From a virus: a DNA stretch of 64,000 nucleotides. Below, one piece after another: positions 39,929 through 48,585 of this stretch; position 1 is the first letter of the stretch, and each line of letters opens with the position of its first letter. The position numbers were made by a program, and so were the translations under genes. The stretch lies in IMG/VR virus record IMGVR_UViG_3300047373_000579, positions 8,625 to 72,624 of that record; one strand, 5' to 3'. The notes under the pieces are model-generated. The model ran no database searches and was not told the origin of the DNA. It worked only from the letters and a program-made list of their open reading frames with translations.

Positions 39929-40162
39929 ATGGGAGACCAAATCACAAATTTTTTCCTGGTTAGAGTAGAGTTCGAATCAATTAACGAACAAACAGGAAAA
40001 CCAAAAAAAATCAAAACACAATATCTTGTAGATTCAATGACTTGTACTGAAGCTGAGGCTAGAACTCACCAATACCTTAATGGTACAGTATTAGATTATG
40101 AAATTGTATCCGCAGTTAAATCACCAATCGAAGACGTTATCCGTGTAGAAGTACCGGCATAA
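39929..40162 (+). CDS. DUF4494-like protein (Bacteroidota family)
   Basis: FF.VRVEFE..G..KK..YLVDSMTCTEAEAR..YEIVSAV..I.DV. Confidence 0.7.
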   Translation: MGDQITNFFLVRVEFESINEQTGKPKKIKTQYLVDSMTCTEAEARTHQYLNGTVLDYEIVSAVKSPIEDVIRVEVPA

Positions 40163-40185
40163 TAATAATAAAATTGGTTAGAAAT

Positions 40186-40218
40186 AAAAAAAGACTCAGA
40201 AATGGGTCTTTTTTTTTT
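40186..40218. terminator. Bidirectional terminator
   Basis: A7-GACTCA-gaaa-TGGGTC followed by a T tract, between convergent genes. Confidence 0.8.
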
Positions 40219-40645
40219 AGTCTTGATATTCTTTAGGTAATCCCATTTCATCAGCTATTTTTTTAAATAACCCCTCATGTTCTTTATGTTTGGGTAAATC
40301 TTTTCCTACACACGCGTGAATCAATTCGTGTACAATCACCCATTTAAGGTATTCTTTATCTTCTAAAGCTTTTGGTTTAATACCCATTAAACCGTTTTTC
40401 CCATTTTTAGGGTGATTAAATCCAGCTATTTTACCATCCTCTATTTTACTATCTAGTTTAATATCTATTTTAGGTAAATCTAATTCTTTTCCTGTCACTT
40501 TTTTATAAACTTTTTTTAATTCCACCTCAATACTATTTTTTAATGTATTAATAGTCTTTAAATCATCGTTTTTTTCTTTTAAACGTAGATTTGTCATTTC
40601 CATAGAAAGACTTTCCTTAATCATTTTTTTAATAAAATCAACCAT
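40217..40645 (-). CDS. SprT-like Zn metallopeptidase with leader
   Basis: VIVHELIHA..HEGLFKKIA; N-terminus FIKKMIKES; late motif at 40652-40659. Confidence 0.8.
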   Translation of the reverse strand: MVDFIKKMIKESLSMEMTNLRLKEKNDDLKTINTLKNSIEVELKKVYKKVTGKELDLPKIDIKLDSKIEDGKIAGFNHPKNGKNGLMGIKPKALEDKEYLKWVIVHELIHACVGKDLPKHKEHEGLFKKIADEMGLPKEYQD

Positions 40646-40790
40646 ATAAAAATAAATATCACCATTTTTTAAACAAGTCCCATAAAAAAATCAAACTTTT
40701 CCACATTTATTGGATATTTATTTTAAAAACAACGCATTTTATTGCGCTGTTTTTTAATAATAATAATTTTTTAAATAAAAAAAGAAAAAA

Positions 40791-41942
40791 ATGGCTGAAA
40801 CAAGAAAGTCTATCATCGATGAAGCTTTTATGGAAGCGGAAAGTATAGAACAAGCTTTCAAAGCTAACTCAAAAGAAATACTGGCTCATACAATGGGTTC
40901 AGAAATTGAAGAAATGGTAAAGGAATCTTTAGAAGGTTCGGTAGCTTTAAACGAAGACGAAGATGATGAGAATGTTGATTTAGAGTTAGACTTAGGTTTA
41001 GACTCTGACGAGGCCGGCGAGGATGCTGGTGACGACCTTGACCTAGAATTAGGTGATGAGGATGATGAAATTGAAATGGACGATGAGGATATGGATATGG
41101 ATTCTGATGACCTTGAAATTGTAGACCTTACAGATGAAGATGACGAGACAGTAGTTAATGTTTTCAAAAAAATGGCTGACGAAGACGAAATCGAAGTTGT
41201 TCAAACTGAAGACGGGGTTGAAATCAAGGATAACGAAACTGGTGCCGAGTACAAAATAGAACTTGGTGGTGATTCTGAAATGGATGATGAAGACATGGAA
41301 GATATGGATGATGAAGATATGGAAGACATGGAAGACATGGAAGGTGAAATTGAGTATCAAATCGAATTAGATGATGAGGAAGACGAAGAAGAAATGGAAG
41401 ACGAAATGTCTGAAGATTCTAGACGTACACCTTCTAATAGAAGAAAACGTAATTTAAAACCTGCTAGTCTAAAAAACGAGTCTAAAAAACCAAAGTTCTT
41501 AAAGTTAGTAAACGAAAATAAAGTTCTAAAAAATAAAATGAGTTCAATCACGACTGAAAACGAAACTTTAAAAGAAGACTACAACAAAATGGTAGACGCT
41601 CTTAAAGAATTCAGACAAAAGTTGAACGAGGTAGCTGTTTTTAACAGTAACCTTACATATACAGTTAGATTGTTTACTGAACACACAACAACTAAAAGTG
41701 AAAAAGTTGATATCATTAAAAGATTTGACGATTCAAAGTCACTTAAAGAATCTAAGGCTACATACAAAAATTTAGTTAAAGAAATCTCTAAGACAAAGAC
41801 ACCAATTAAAGAATCAATTGATGAAAAACTTAATGAAACTAAAAGTAGTGGTTCAGCATCTGAAATAACTGAATCAAAAGTTTATGTAGACCCACAAATA
41901 GAAAAAATGAAACAATTGTGGAACTACGAATATAAAAATTAA
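40791..41942 (+). CDS. Prohead scaffold/core protein (gp22 position)
   Basis: Acidic middle, coiled coil and C-terminal QIEKMKQL, immediately upstream of the major capsid gene. Confidence 0.8.
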   Translation: MAETRKSIIDEAFMEAESIEQAFKANSKEILAHTMGSEIEEMVKESLEGSVALNEDEDDENVDLELDLGLDSDEAGEDAGDDLDLELGDEDDEIEMDDEDMDMDSDDLEIVDLTDEDDETVVNVFKKMADEDEIEVVQTEDGVEIKDNETGAEYKIELGGDSEMDDEDMEDMDDEDMEDMEDMEGEIEYQIELDDEEDEEEMEDEMSEDSRRTPSNRRKRNLKPASLKNESKKPKFLKLVNENKVLKNKMSSITTENETLKEDYNKMVDALKEFRQKLNEVAVFNSNLTYTVRLFTEHTTTKSEKVDIIKRFDDSKSLKESKATYKNLVKEISKTKTPIKESIDEKLNETKSSGSASEITESKVYVDPQIEKMKQLWNYEYKN

Positions 41943-41975
41943 AAAATAATAATAAAAAATTAAAAACCAAAAAAA

Positions 41976-43754
41976 ATGGGATATTTATTAAAATCTGGAG
42001 AAGTTGGTAATATCGGACTTAAGCACCAAAAAGCTGTTCGTGAAGCAACTGTCTCTAAATGGAACGACCTAGGATTCTTAGAAGGATTAGAAGGTCACGT
42101 AAGAGAGAACATTGCTTTGTTATATGAAAACCAAGCATCTGTTCTTATCAATGAAACTACTGACGCTGGTTCAAGCGGTTCTTTCGAGACTGTAGTTTTT
42201 CCTATCGTTAGAAGAGTTTTCTCTAAATTATTAGCTAACGATATCGTATCTGTACAAGCTATGAACTTACCAATCGGTAAATTGTTCTACTTCGTACCTA
42301 AAGCTTCTGAAAGAGTTACTGGTGCCGATGGTAAAGAAAGACACGGTGAGCCAGTTGTTACAACTTGTATCAATGATAATGTAGCTTGTGACGAAACAAC
42401 TTACTCTGATTGTGCTAAGAATCTTTATGACAGATTCTACAACGATGAGTTCTTTGACCAATCAAAAGGTGCTTTCTCAGCAGTTACAAGAAACGCAGAC
42501 CCTGTAATTTGGACGGCATGTTCTACTGGTTCTGAATTTACTGACGGTGTTTCTGCATTCGGTGGTGACGGTTCGGTTAGAACTCAAATCTTAAAATTAT
42601 GTGGTTTCAATACATCTGGAGCTGGAAGATTAACAGGACCTAACGGAAACGAAATGGATACTGAAGAGTTTTTAGCTTCTTTAGACCTTACTGTTACTGG
42701 TGACTTAGTTGATAAAGATGGTCAAGTAATTTTAGCGTCAGGTGACCAAGTTCCTTTTAGAGTTGTTACTCAAAGATATGGAAAAGGTATCGTTGATTAC
42801 GGTGATATCTGTACTCCTGATGGATGTATCTATTTAGAGGCTGATTTAACTCACCCTGTATGTGTTACTTGTGATGACGGTACTTTCGATGGTTACATTG
42901 GAGCACAATCAGGTACAACTGCTATCGTTCCTGGAGCTGGTGTAGCTAACTTAGGTGGAACTTCATTCGCAGCAGTTTGGAGACAATACGAAGACCTAGA
43001 GCTTGAATCTCAAATGGGAGAAGTTTCTTTCGAACTTGATTCTGTTACAGTATCGGTTACTGAAAGAAAACTAAGAGCTACTTGGACTCCTGAATTAGCA
43101 CAAGACGTATCAGCATTCCATAACATTGATGCTGAAGCTGAATTAACAGCTTTATTGTCTGAGCAAGTTGCAGCTGAAATCGATAGAGAAATCTTGAGAG
43201 ACCTTAGAAAAGGTGCAGCATGGCAATTACGTTGGGATTACAACGGTTATAAGAGATTACCACAATCTAACGCTTACACTCAAAAAGAGTGGAACCAAAC
43301 GTTAGTAACGGCAATCAACCAAATCTCAGCTCAAATTCACAAGTCTACATTAAGAGGTGGAGCTAACTTTATCGTGGTATCTTCTGAAGTATCAGCAATT
43401 TTTGATGATTTAGAGTACTTCCACGTATCAAACGCTTCTCCTGAGCAAGACAACTATAACATGGGTATTGAGAGAGTAGGTTCTTTATCAGGTAGATATA
43501 CTGTATACAGAGACCCTTACGCTCCAGCTAACTCAGTATTAGTAGGTCATAAAGGTAAGTCATTGTTGGATACTGGGTACATTTACGCACCTTACGTACC
43601 ATTACAATTGACTCCTACAATGTACAACCCGTTCAACTTCGTACCTGTTAAAGGTATCATGACTCGTTACGCTAAGAAATTTGTTAACAACAGATTCTAC
43701 GGACAAGTTAATGTTGATGGATTACGTACATTTGACGTGAGAGAATTAAGATAG
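41976..43754 (+). CDS. gp23: Major capsid protein (T4 gp23-like)
   Basis: LLYENQ, PIVRRVF..LANDIVSVQAM..P.G..F, RKLRATWTPELAQD..AFH.IDAEAEL, EIDREI, RGGANF, GYIYAPYVPL, GIMTRY. Confidence 0.97.
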   Translation: MGYLLKSGEVGNIGLKHQKAVREATVSKWNDLGFLEGLEGHVRENIALLYENQASVLINETTDAGSSGSFETVVFPIVRRVFSKLLANDIVSVQAMNLPIGKLFYFVPKASERVTGADGKERHGEPVVTTCINDNVACDETTYSDCAKNLYDRFYNDEFFDQSKGAFSAVTRNADPVIWTACSTGSEFTDGVSAFGGDGSVRTQILKLCGFNTSGAGRLTGPNGNEMDTEEFLASLDLTVTGDLVDKDGQVILASGDQVPFRVVTQRYGKGIVDYGDICTPDGCIYLEADLTHPVCVTCDDGTFDGYIGAQSGTTAIVPGAGVANLGGTSFAAVWRQYEDLELESQMGEVSFELDSVTVSVTERKLRATWTPELAQDVSAFHNIDAEAELTALLSEQVAAEIDREILRDLRKGAAWQLRWDYNGYKRLPQSNAYTQKEWNQTLVTAINQISAQIHKSTLRGGANFIVVSSEVSAIFDDLEYFHVSNASPEQDNYNMGIERVGSLSGRYTVYRDPYAPANSVLVGHKGKSLLDTGYIYAPYVPLQLTPTMYNPFNFVPVKGIMTRYAKKFVNNRFYGQVNVDGLRTFDVRELR

Positions 43755-43776
43755 TATAAATCTTAAACAATAACTG

Positions 43777-43804
43777 AAGGGGAACTTAATGTTCCCCTTT
43801 TTTT
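43777..43804 (+). terminator. Terminator after the capsid gene
   Basis: AAGGGGAAC-ttaat-GTTCCCCTT followed by a T tract. Confidence 0.85.
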
Positions 43805-43828
43805 ATGCTTTATTAGATATTTATTAAT

Positions 43829-45088
43829 ATGAATCTAAAAAGAATCATAAAAGAAGAAATTGACGATAGTCTAGATTGGATTAAGGATACACCAGAAGTT
43901 TCTATTGGGGGTAAAAACGGTTTACCAATAGAAAGTGTTCCTTTAGGTACCAAGATAGTAACACCTGACGGTGATGTATTCACTATAGAAGATGTTACTG
44001 GCTTTCATATGCCACATCAATTTGTGTGGGGTAGAGACTTAAAACCAGCTTGGTTGGGCCCTAAAAATGATGAGGATAATAAGAATTGGCATAACGCTTT
44101 ATGGTTACGAAGAGCAACCCCTGAAGATTTAAACGAATCTGAAGAGTTAGATTGGATTAAAGGTGTTGACACATATTATAAGGTAGAACAATTAGAAGTT
44201 GGTAAGATGTATGAGTTCATACCTGATTATTCTATCATGGGCAAATACGATGGTTATGATGATTTCCCTAATTGGGTTTCTAGTTATGAGGGTCAAAACT
44301 TTTATATTATTAAACAAGAGCCCAAACCTAGATTTCCAAAAAGTGGTGAGATTACCTTTAAACAGATTGGTAAGTCTAATAAAATGATTTACGATGGTAA
44401 ATACGTTAAACTACCATACAACGCTAGAGTATTTTTATGGGGTAAGTTTAAAGAGGTTGAAAACCCTGAATTTGTTACGGAGAATGAAGAATTAGATTGG
44501 ATTCAAGATACACAACCTGATAAAAAAGACATTCTTAATTTTAATAAAAAAATGTATAAAACAACCCTTGATTATGATGATATTAAGATAGGGGATAAGT
44601 TTATACCACCCGGTAGCCATCATATATGGACCGTTGATGATATGTATGATTGGGGTGTAAGTAGACGTGACTATCGTTTCATGGTTTGGTTAAAAAATGA
44701 TAAAGGAAGTATTAGAAGAAAAATTTATAACCGTGGTAATAAATTTCCTGGTGATTATAGGCCTTGGAGAAAAATTGTTAATGAACAAATAAAAGAATCT
44801 AATAAAGAATGGGATTGGGCTAAAGATATTACTCCTGTTGAATTGGAAGACCCTGAAGATTGGATTGGGAGGTCGTTTGGTTATGGTCCTGAAATAATAG
44901 ATGAAATGAGTGATATGGAAATAATTGAAGGTGACCATGAAGAATATTATACAATAAAAGAAATTGATGTTAATGGTAATTTATCCTTAACCAAGTACCA
45001 CCCAAAGTATGGTAAAAATCATGATAGTAGTACATCAGTTAATTTTTTAAGAGAGTATATTAGTAACGGTAGATGGGTATGGAAATAA
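43829..45088 (+). CDS. Four-module DW-repeat protein (putative polyprotein)
   Basis: Module starts IIKEEIDDSLDWIKD, LNESEELDWIKG, VTENEELDWIQD and IKESNKEWDWAKD. Confidence 0.8.
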   Translation: MNLKRIIKEEIDDSLDWIKDTPEVSIGGKNGLPIESVPLGTKIVTPDGDVFTIEDVTGFHMPHQFVWGRDLKPAWLGPKNDEDNKNWHNALWLRRATPEDLNESEELDWIKGVDTYYKVEQLEVGKMYEFIPDYSIMGKYDGYDDFPNWVSSYEGQNFYIIKQEPKPRFPKSGEITFKQIGKSNKMIYDGKYVKLPYNARVFLWGKFKEVENPEFVTENEELDWIQDTQPDKKDILNFNKKMYKTTLDYDDIKIGDKFIPPGSHHIWTVDDMYDWGVSRRDYRFMVWLKNDKGSIRRKIYNRGNKFPGDYRPWRKIVNEQIKESNKEWDWAKDITPVELEDPEDWIGRSFGYGPEIIDEMSDMEIIEGDHEEYYTIKEIDVNGNLSLTKYHPKYGKNHDSSTSVNFLREYISNGRWVWK

Positions 45089-45783
45089 GAAAAATAATAC
45101 GAGAAGAAATAGAAGACTTTAGTGACTTTGAATGGGCTAAAGGTGAAATAGAATACCCAATATATTCAATAGATTTTCTTATTGGTAAAAAGGCGTATTA
45201 TAGAGAGAATAACATGGAAGAGGTCCAAAAAACTCAAAAATGTACTATGTCAGATTTAAATAAGTCAGACTTAAATTTAGGTGAAATAAAAAATGGTATT
45301 GGTTGGACAATAAAAAAAGGTAATTTACCAGGTCCGAAGAATAGTGTTAGTATAATACTTGACAACAACAAAGGTACACAGCATTGGTTTGAAGACGATG
45401 TATTAGAATTTGTTAGGTTAGGTATTTGGGTTGTTGAGGGTGATGACGGTAAATTTATAAATGAATCAGAGGAATTTGATTGGATTAAAGATATTGAACC
45501 TGAAATCACTAATGAAAATTTTCATATGTTTTATAATAAACCTTTTTATTGGTATAGTCCCTTGAGTCCAAATAAATGGGTTACTTCTCAAGGAATGCCT
45601 AGAGTTTATTGGTTTGAAGAGTCTGGTATTCATTCAAGAGATAACGATGAGATAGCTTTGTTTTGTTATAAAGATTTTGAAAGAGATGAGTGTACGGATA
45701 TGTTCCATTCAACAGCTATTAACTATATAAAAAAAGGGGTTTTACAACACCAACCACAATTAAGTGATATTAAGGATGATTAA
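45073..45783 (+). CDS. Two-module DW-repeat protein
   Basis: IIREEIEDFSDFEWAKG and INESEEFDWIKD. Confidence 0.8.
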   Translation: MGMEIRKIIREEIEDFSDFEWAKGEIEYPIYSIDFLIGKKAYYRENNMEEVQKTQKCTMSDLNKSDLNLGEIKNGIGWTIKKGNLPGPKNSVSIILDNNKGTQHWFEDDVLEFVRLGIWVVEGDDGKFINESEEFDWIKDIEPEITNENFHMFYNKPFYWYSPLSPNKWVTSQGMPRVYWFEESGIHSRDNDEIALFCYKDFERDECTDMFHSTAINYIKKGVLQHQPQLSDIKDD

Positions 45784-46106
45784 ACACCGTTTTCAAGGTC
45801 TTCTTGTAAAATATTATAATATTCTTCCCTAAAAATTTCCCTAACTCTTTCTTCTGTCATTAAATCACTACCATTCCAAGTTATTTGATTTTCGTTTGCC
45901 TCAAAAATAACACCACCTTGACCATTTGTAACAGTAACACCTTGATATGTTGGTGTATCGGTTATTGTTGTGGTAAAGTCTACATCATAAGGAATGTTAA
46001 TTTGACCCGTTAATTCATCAATATAACCCCACTCTCTTTGTGAAACATAATAAAAAGGGGAACCATCTAGGAAACTATGTTTTGGTATTGTTTTAAAATT
46101 AAACAT
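45780..46106 (-). CDS. Hypothetical protein
   Basis: 108 aa ORF convergent with the DW genes. Confidence 0.55.
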   Translation of the reverse strand: MFNFKTIPKHSFLDGSPFYYVSQREWGYIDELTGQINIPYDVDFTTTITDTPTYQGVTVTNGQGGVIFEANENQITWNGSDLMTEERVREIFREEYYNILQEDLENGV

Positions 46107-46130
46107 ATAAAAATATATGTTTATAAATAA

Positions 46131-46158
46131 AAAAAGGAAGTCTTTCGACCTCCTTTTT
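46131..46158 (-). terminator. Terminator of 46176..46916
   Basis: Minus strand reads AAAAAGGAGGTC-gaaa-GACTTCCTTTTT. Confidence 0.75.
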
Positions 46159-46175
46159 ATGACAAAAATAGTTGG

Positions 46176-46916
46176 CTAGTCTCTCACACCCTTTTTATTC
46201 GCTAACTGTCTGTTTGTAGGACCACTCTCAAGTCTTTCGTTAATGATTTCCATTATGTCGCCACCCAACATACTGTAAACTTTCATGGCGTTTCCTACAT
46301 TCATTTGTTTGTCTTTGATGTCCCACAAAGTGATACCATCGTTTTTCTTCTTATCGTTATGAAAAGCCACTTTAGCTAAGTCATTAGTTCGATATTCAGA
46401 TTCTTTTGCTTTCTTGTCGATTACAAAAACTAGTGAACCATTTTCGGTGTACTGTTTGTAGTACTTACCGTAGTTGTTGTCTTCACTAGAGACACACCAC
46501 TTTGTTCCTTTACCGTAAAGGTTAGAACTACGAACACTTAAGGGGTATACAACTAACCAACGATTATCTTCAAATAATACTTCAGTTTCTTTCTTTTTAA
46601 CTTCAGAACGAGTAATCTTTTCTTTCGCAGTTTTAACCGCTTCAATTATATCTTGATTTGACTCGTAGGTGTAGATGTCTTTATTTTCTAATAAATTTCT
46701 TTTAGATAGGTCTTCAAAATCTTGAATAACCTCAAACATTTCCTTAAACGTTTCATTTGTCAATTCATTGTGAATCCATTCTACCCAATCAGAAGTACAC
46801 TTAATCATGAAAGGTAAGTATTTGTTGGTTTTTGTTGGGTCCATTTTTGATAAAACAGAGATAACGTCTATTAGATAATTTGGGTTTTGTGCTTTTAATT
46901 CTTTAATTTTTGCCAT
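46176..46916 (-). CDS. YGxGTKWC-domain (PcfJ-like) protein
   Basis: DPTKTNKYL..KDIYTY..RWLVVYP..YGKGTKWCVSS; paralog of the middle of 3822..6536. Confidence 0.8.
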   Translation of the reverse strand: MAKIKELKAQNPNYLIDVISVLSKMDPTKTNKYLPFMIKCTSDWVEWIHNELTNETFKEMFEVIQDFEDLSKRNLLENKDIYTYESNQDIIEAVKTAKEKITRSEVKKKETEVLFEDNRWLVVYPLSVRSSNLYGKGTKWCVSSEDNNYGKYYKQYTENGSLVFVIDKKAKESEYRTNDLAKVAFHNDKKKNDGITLWDIKDKQMNVGNAMKVYSMLGGDIMEIINERLESGPTNRQLANKKGVRD

Positions 46917-46960
46917 ATCGTTTAAAAAGTTTTTTTTTATTTATTTAATCATTAACAATA

Positions 46961-46992
46961 CAAATATAGAAAACTTTTTTTGTTCTGACAAA
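46961..46992 (-). promoter_or_regulatory. Bacteroidota sigmaA-type (early) promoter
   Basis: TTTG (46992-46989), 20-nt spacer, TATATTTG (46968-46961), matching the -33/-7 consensus. Confidence 0.75.
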
Positions 46993-47048
46993 TAAAAACC
47001 TAAAAATTTTTACACTTTCTTTGATATTTATATAAAAAGCATTTTAAA

Positions 47049-47465
47049 ATGAAAAAAAGAATAGTAAAATTAAACGAATCTGACTTAGAAAAGTTAGTTA
47101 AAAGAATTATAAAGGAAGAGGAGGATACTAAAGAAAAGAAAACTACTCTTACCAAACACCCAGCTTATCCGGCTGTAGATAGATTAGAGAGAGCTCTAGA
47201 AGACCTTAAAATGAATTTTAAAGATACCATCGCAAATGAAGTATCTGGTTCTGATGGTTATCATAGTGAAATAGATAAGTTTTCTGAAGATTTTGGTAAG
47301 TTTATTACTAAAGTATCTAAGATGAAGAGTAAAATCAATGACTATCAAATAGCGAATAAAGATAAGGAGGTGGCTGAAGCTAAGAAACGGAAAGAAAAAC
47401 AACGACAATACCAACATCATATGAGAGAAAGAGCTAGAATGGAGGGTCGTAATTATTCATACTAA
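47049..47465 (+). CDS. Leader-bearing protein
   Basis: MKKRIVKLNESDLEKLVKRIIKEE; late motif at 47024-47031. Confidence 0.8.
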   Translation: MKKRIVKLNESDLEKLVKRIIKEEEDTKEKKTTLTKHPAYPAVDRLERALEDLKMNFKDTIANEVSGSDGYHSEIDKFSEDFGKFITKVSKMKSKINDYQIANKDKEVAEAKKRKEKQRQYQHHMRERARMEGRNYSY

Positions 47466-47476
47466 AATATAATACA

Positions 47477-47725
47477 ATGAGAAGACAAGATAAACTAAAA
47501 TCAATAGAGGAAGCTAACAAAAGATTACTACAAGAAGGTTCAGGACCTGGTGGTAGAGTATCTTTTGATGTAATGATACATAAATTAACTATGGGTAAAG
47601 AATTGGGTGAACCTGATTTAAGTCAAATGGTTGATGAGGTTATAACTGATTTAAAGACATATCTAGATTATGATGTTATTAAAAAAGATGATAAAGGTAT
47701 GTCTGATACCGATAGATTAAAATAA
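47477..47725 (+). CDS. Small protein with an MRRxDK..EAN leader
   Basis: MRRQDKLKSIEEANKRLLQE. Confidence 0.75.
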   Translation: MRRQDKLKSIEEANKRLLQEGSGPGGRVSFDVMIHKLTMGKELGEPDLSQMVDEVITDLKTYLDYDVIKKDDKGMSDTDRLK

Positions 47726-47731
47726 AGTAAA

Positions 47732-48271
47732 ATGAGAAGATTTGATAAAAAATTAGTTATAACTGAAGCTAACCAAAAATTAGAAGAAAAATATCTTAAA
47801 GATAAAGGCTTATTAAAAGAAGATATTTTAGAGTTAAAACAAATGTCTAAACAAATCTATTCTTATCTAAAAAAGAAAGGTTATGAGGTTAAAATAAAAA
47901 CTGAAAAAGGTGATAAGTCTAGAGATTCTTTTAATACTAATTTAGATTTAAATGATACTATTCAGTTAGTGGTAAAAGAAGGGTCAGAAGTGGTCATGAT
48001 AGCTTTACCAGTTATTGCCGTTGTTAAGGACTTAACTGGTGATAAACAACTTCTTTCAACTACAGAAAATAAATACGGTAAGGGTTACCAAGATTGGTAT
48101 GTAAATAAAGAAGTGACTAATTATGTCAATAAATTAGGTGATGAATTAATTTCACAATTAAAATCTAAATACCCAAACATGAAACACGGTTTTGATAAAG
48201 ATGATTCTAGAATGTTTTACTTTATGAGGTTTGGTTATGGTAGAAATAAAAAGGGTGGTGACATAAAATAA
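47732..48271 (+). CDS. Protein with an MRRxDK..EAN leader
   Basis: MRRFDKKLVITEANQKLEEKYLKDKGLLKE. Confidence 0.75.
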   Translation: MRRFDKKLVITEANQKLEEKYLKDKGLLKEDILELKQMSKQIYSYLKKKGYEVKIKTEKGDKSRDSFNTNLDLNDTIQLVVKEGSEVVMIALPVIAVVKDLTGDKQLLSTTENKYGKGYQDWYVNKEVTNYVNKLGDELISQLKSKYPNMKHGFDKDDSRMFYFMRFGYGRNKKGGDIK

Positions 48272-48272
48272 G

Positions 48273-48551
48273 GTGAAAAGTTTAATCCGTAAGATATTAA
48301 AAGAAGAGTCAGACAAACAAACTGATTTAGCAAACTCCAATACTAAAGAACATAATATATGTGATGATTTTAGTGCTGAAAGTTATGAAGACTTAGTTAA
48401 CTTAATTAATAAGTCCCATGTATCTAAGGAAGACCACGGTAATATAGAAAAATTATTAGATGACTTAAAAAAAGAAATGAAAATTTTAGGTACTGATAAA
48501 GATTTAATTAATACCTACCAACATAAAATTGCGAACCAACTATGTAAATAG
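48273..48551 (+). CDS. Leader-bearing small protein (GTG start)
   Basis: MKSLIRKILKEE. Confidence 0.75.
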   Translation: MKSLIRKILKEESDKQTDLANSNTKEHNICDDFSAESYEDLVNLINKSHVSKEDHGNIEKLLDDLKKEMKILGTDKDLINTYQHKIANQLCK

Positions 48552-48553
48552 TA

Positions 48554-48585
48554 AAAAGGTCTGAGAAATCAGACCTTTTCTTTTT
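48554..48585. terminator. Bidirectional terminator
   Basis: AAAAGGTCTGA-gaaa-TCAGACCTTTT between convergent genes. Confidence 0.85.
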
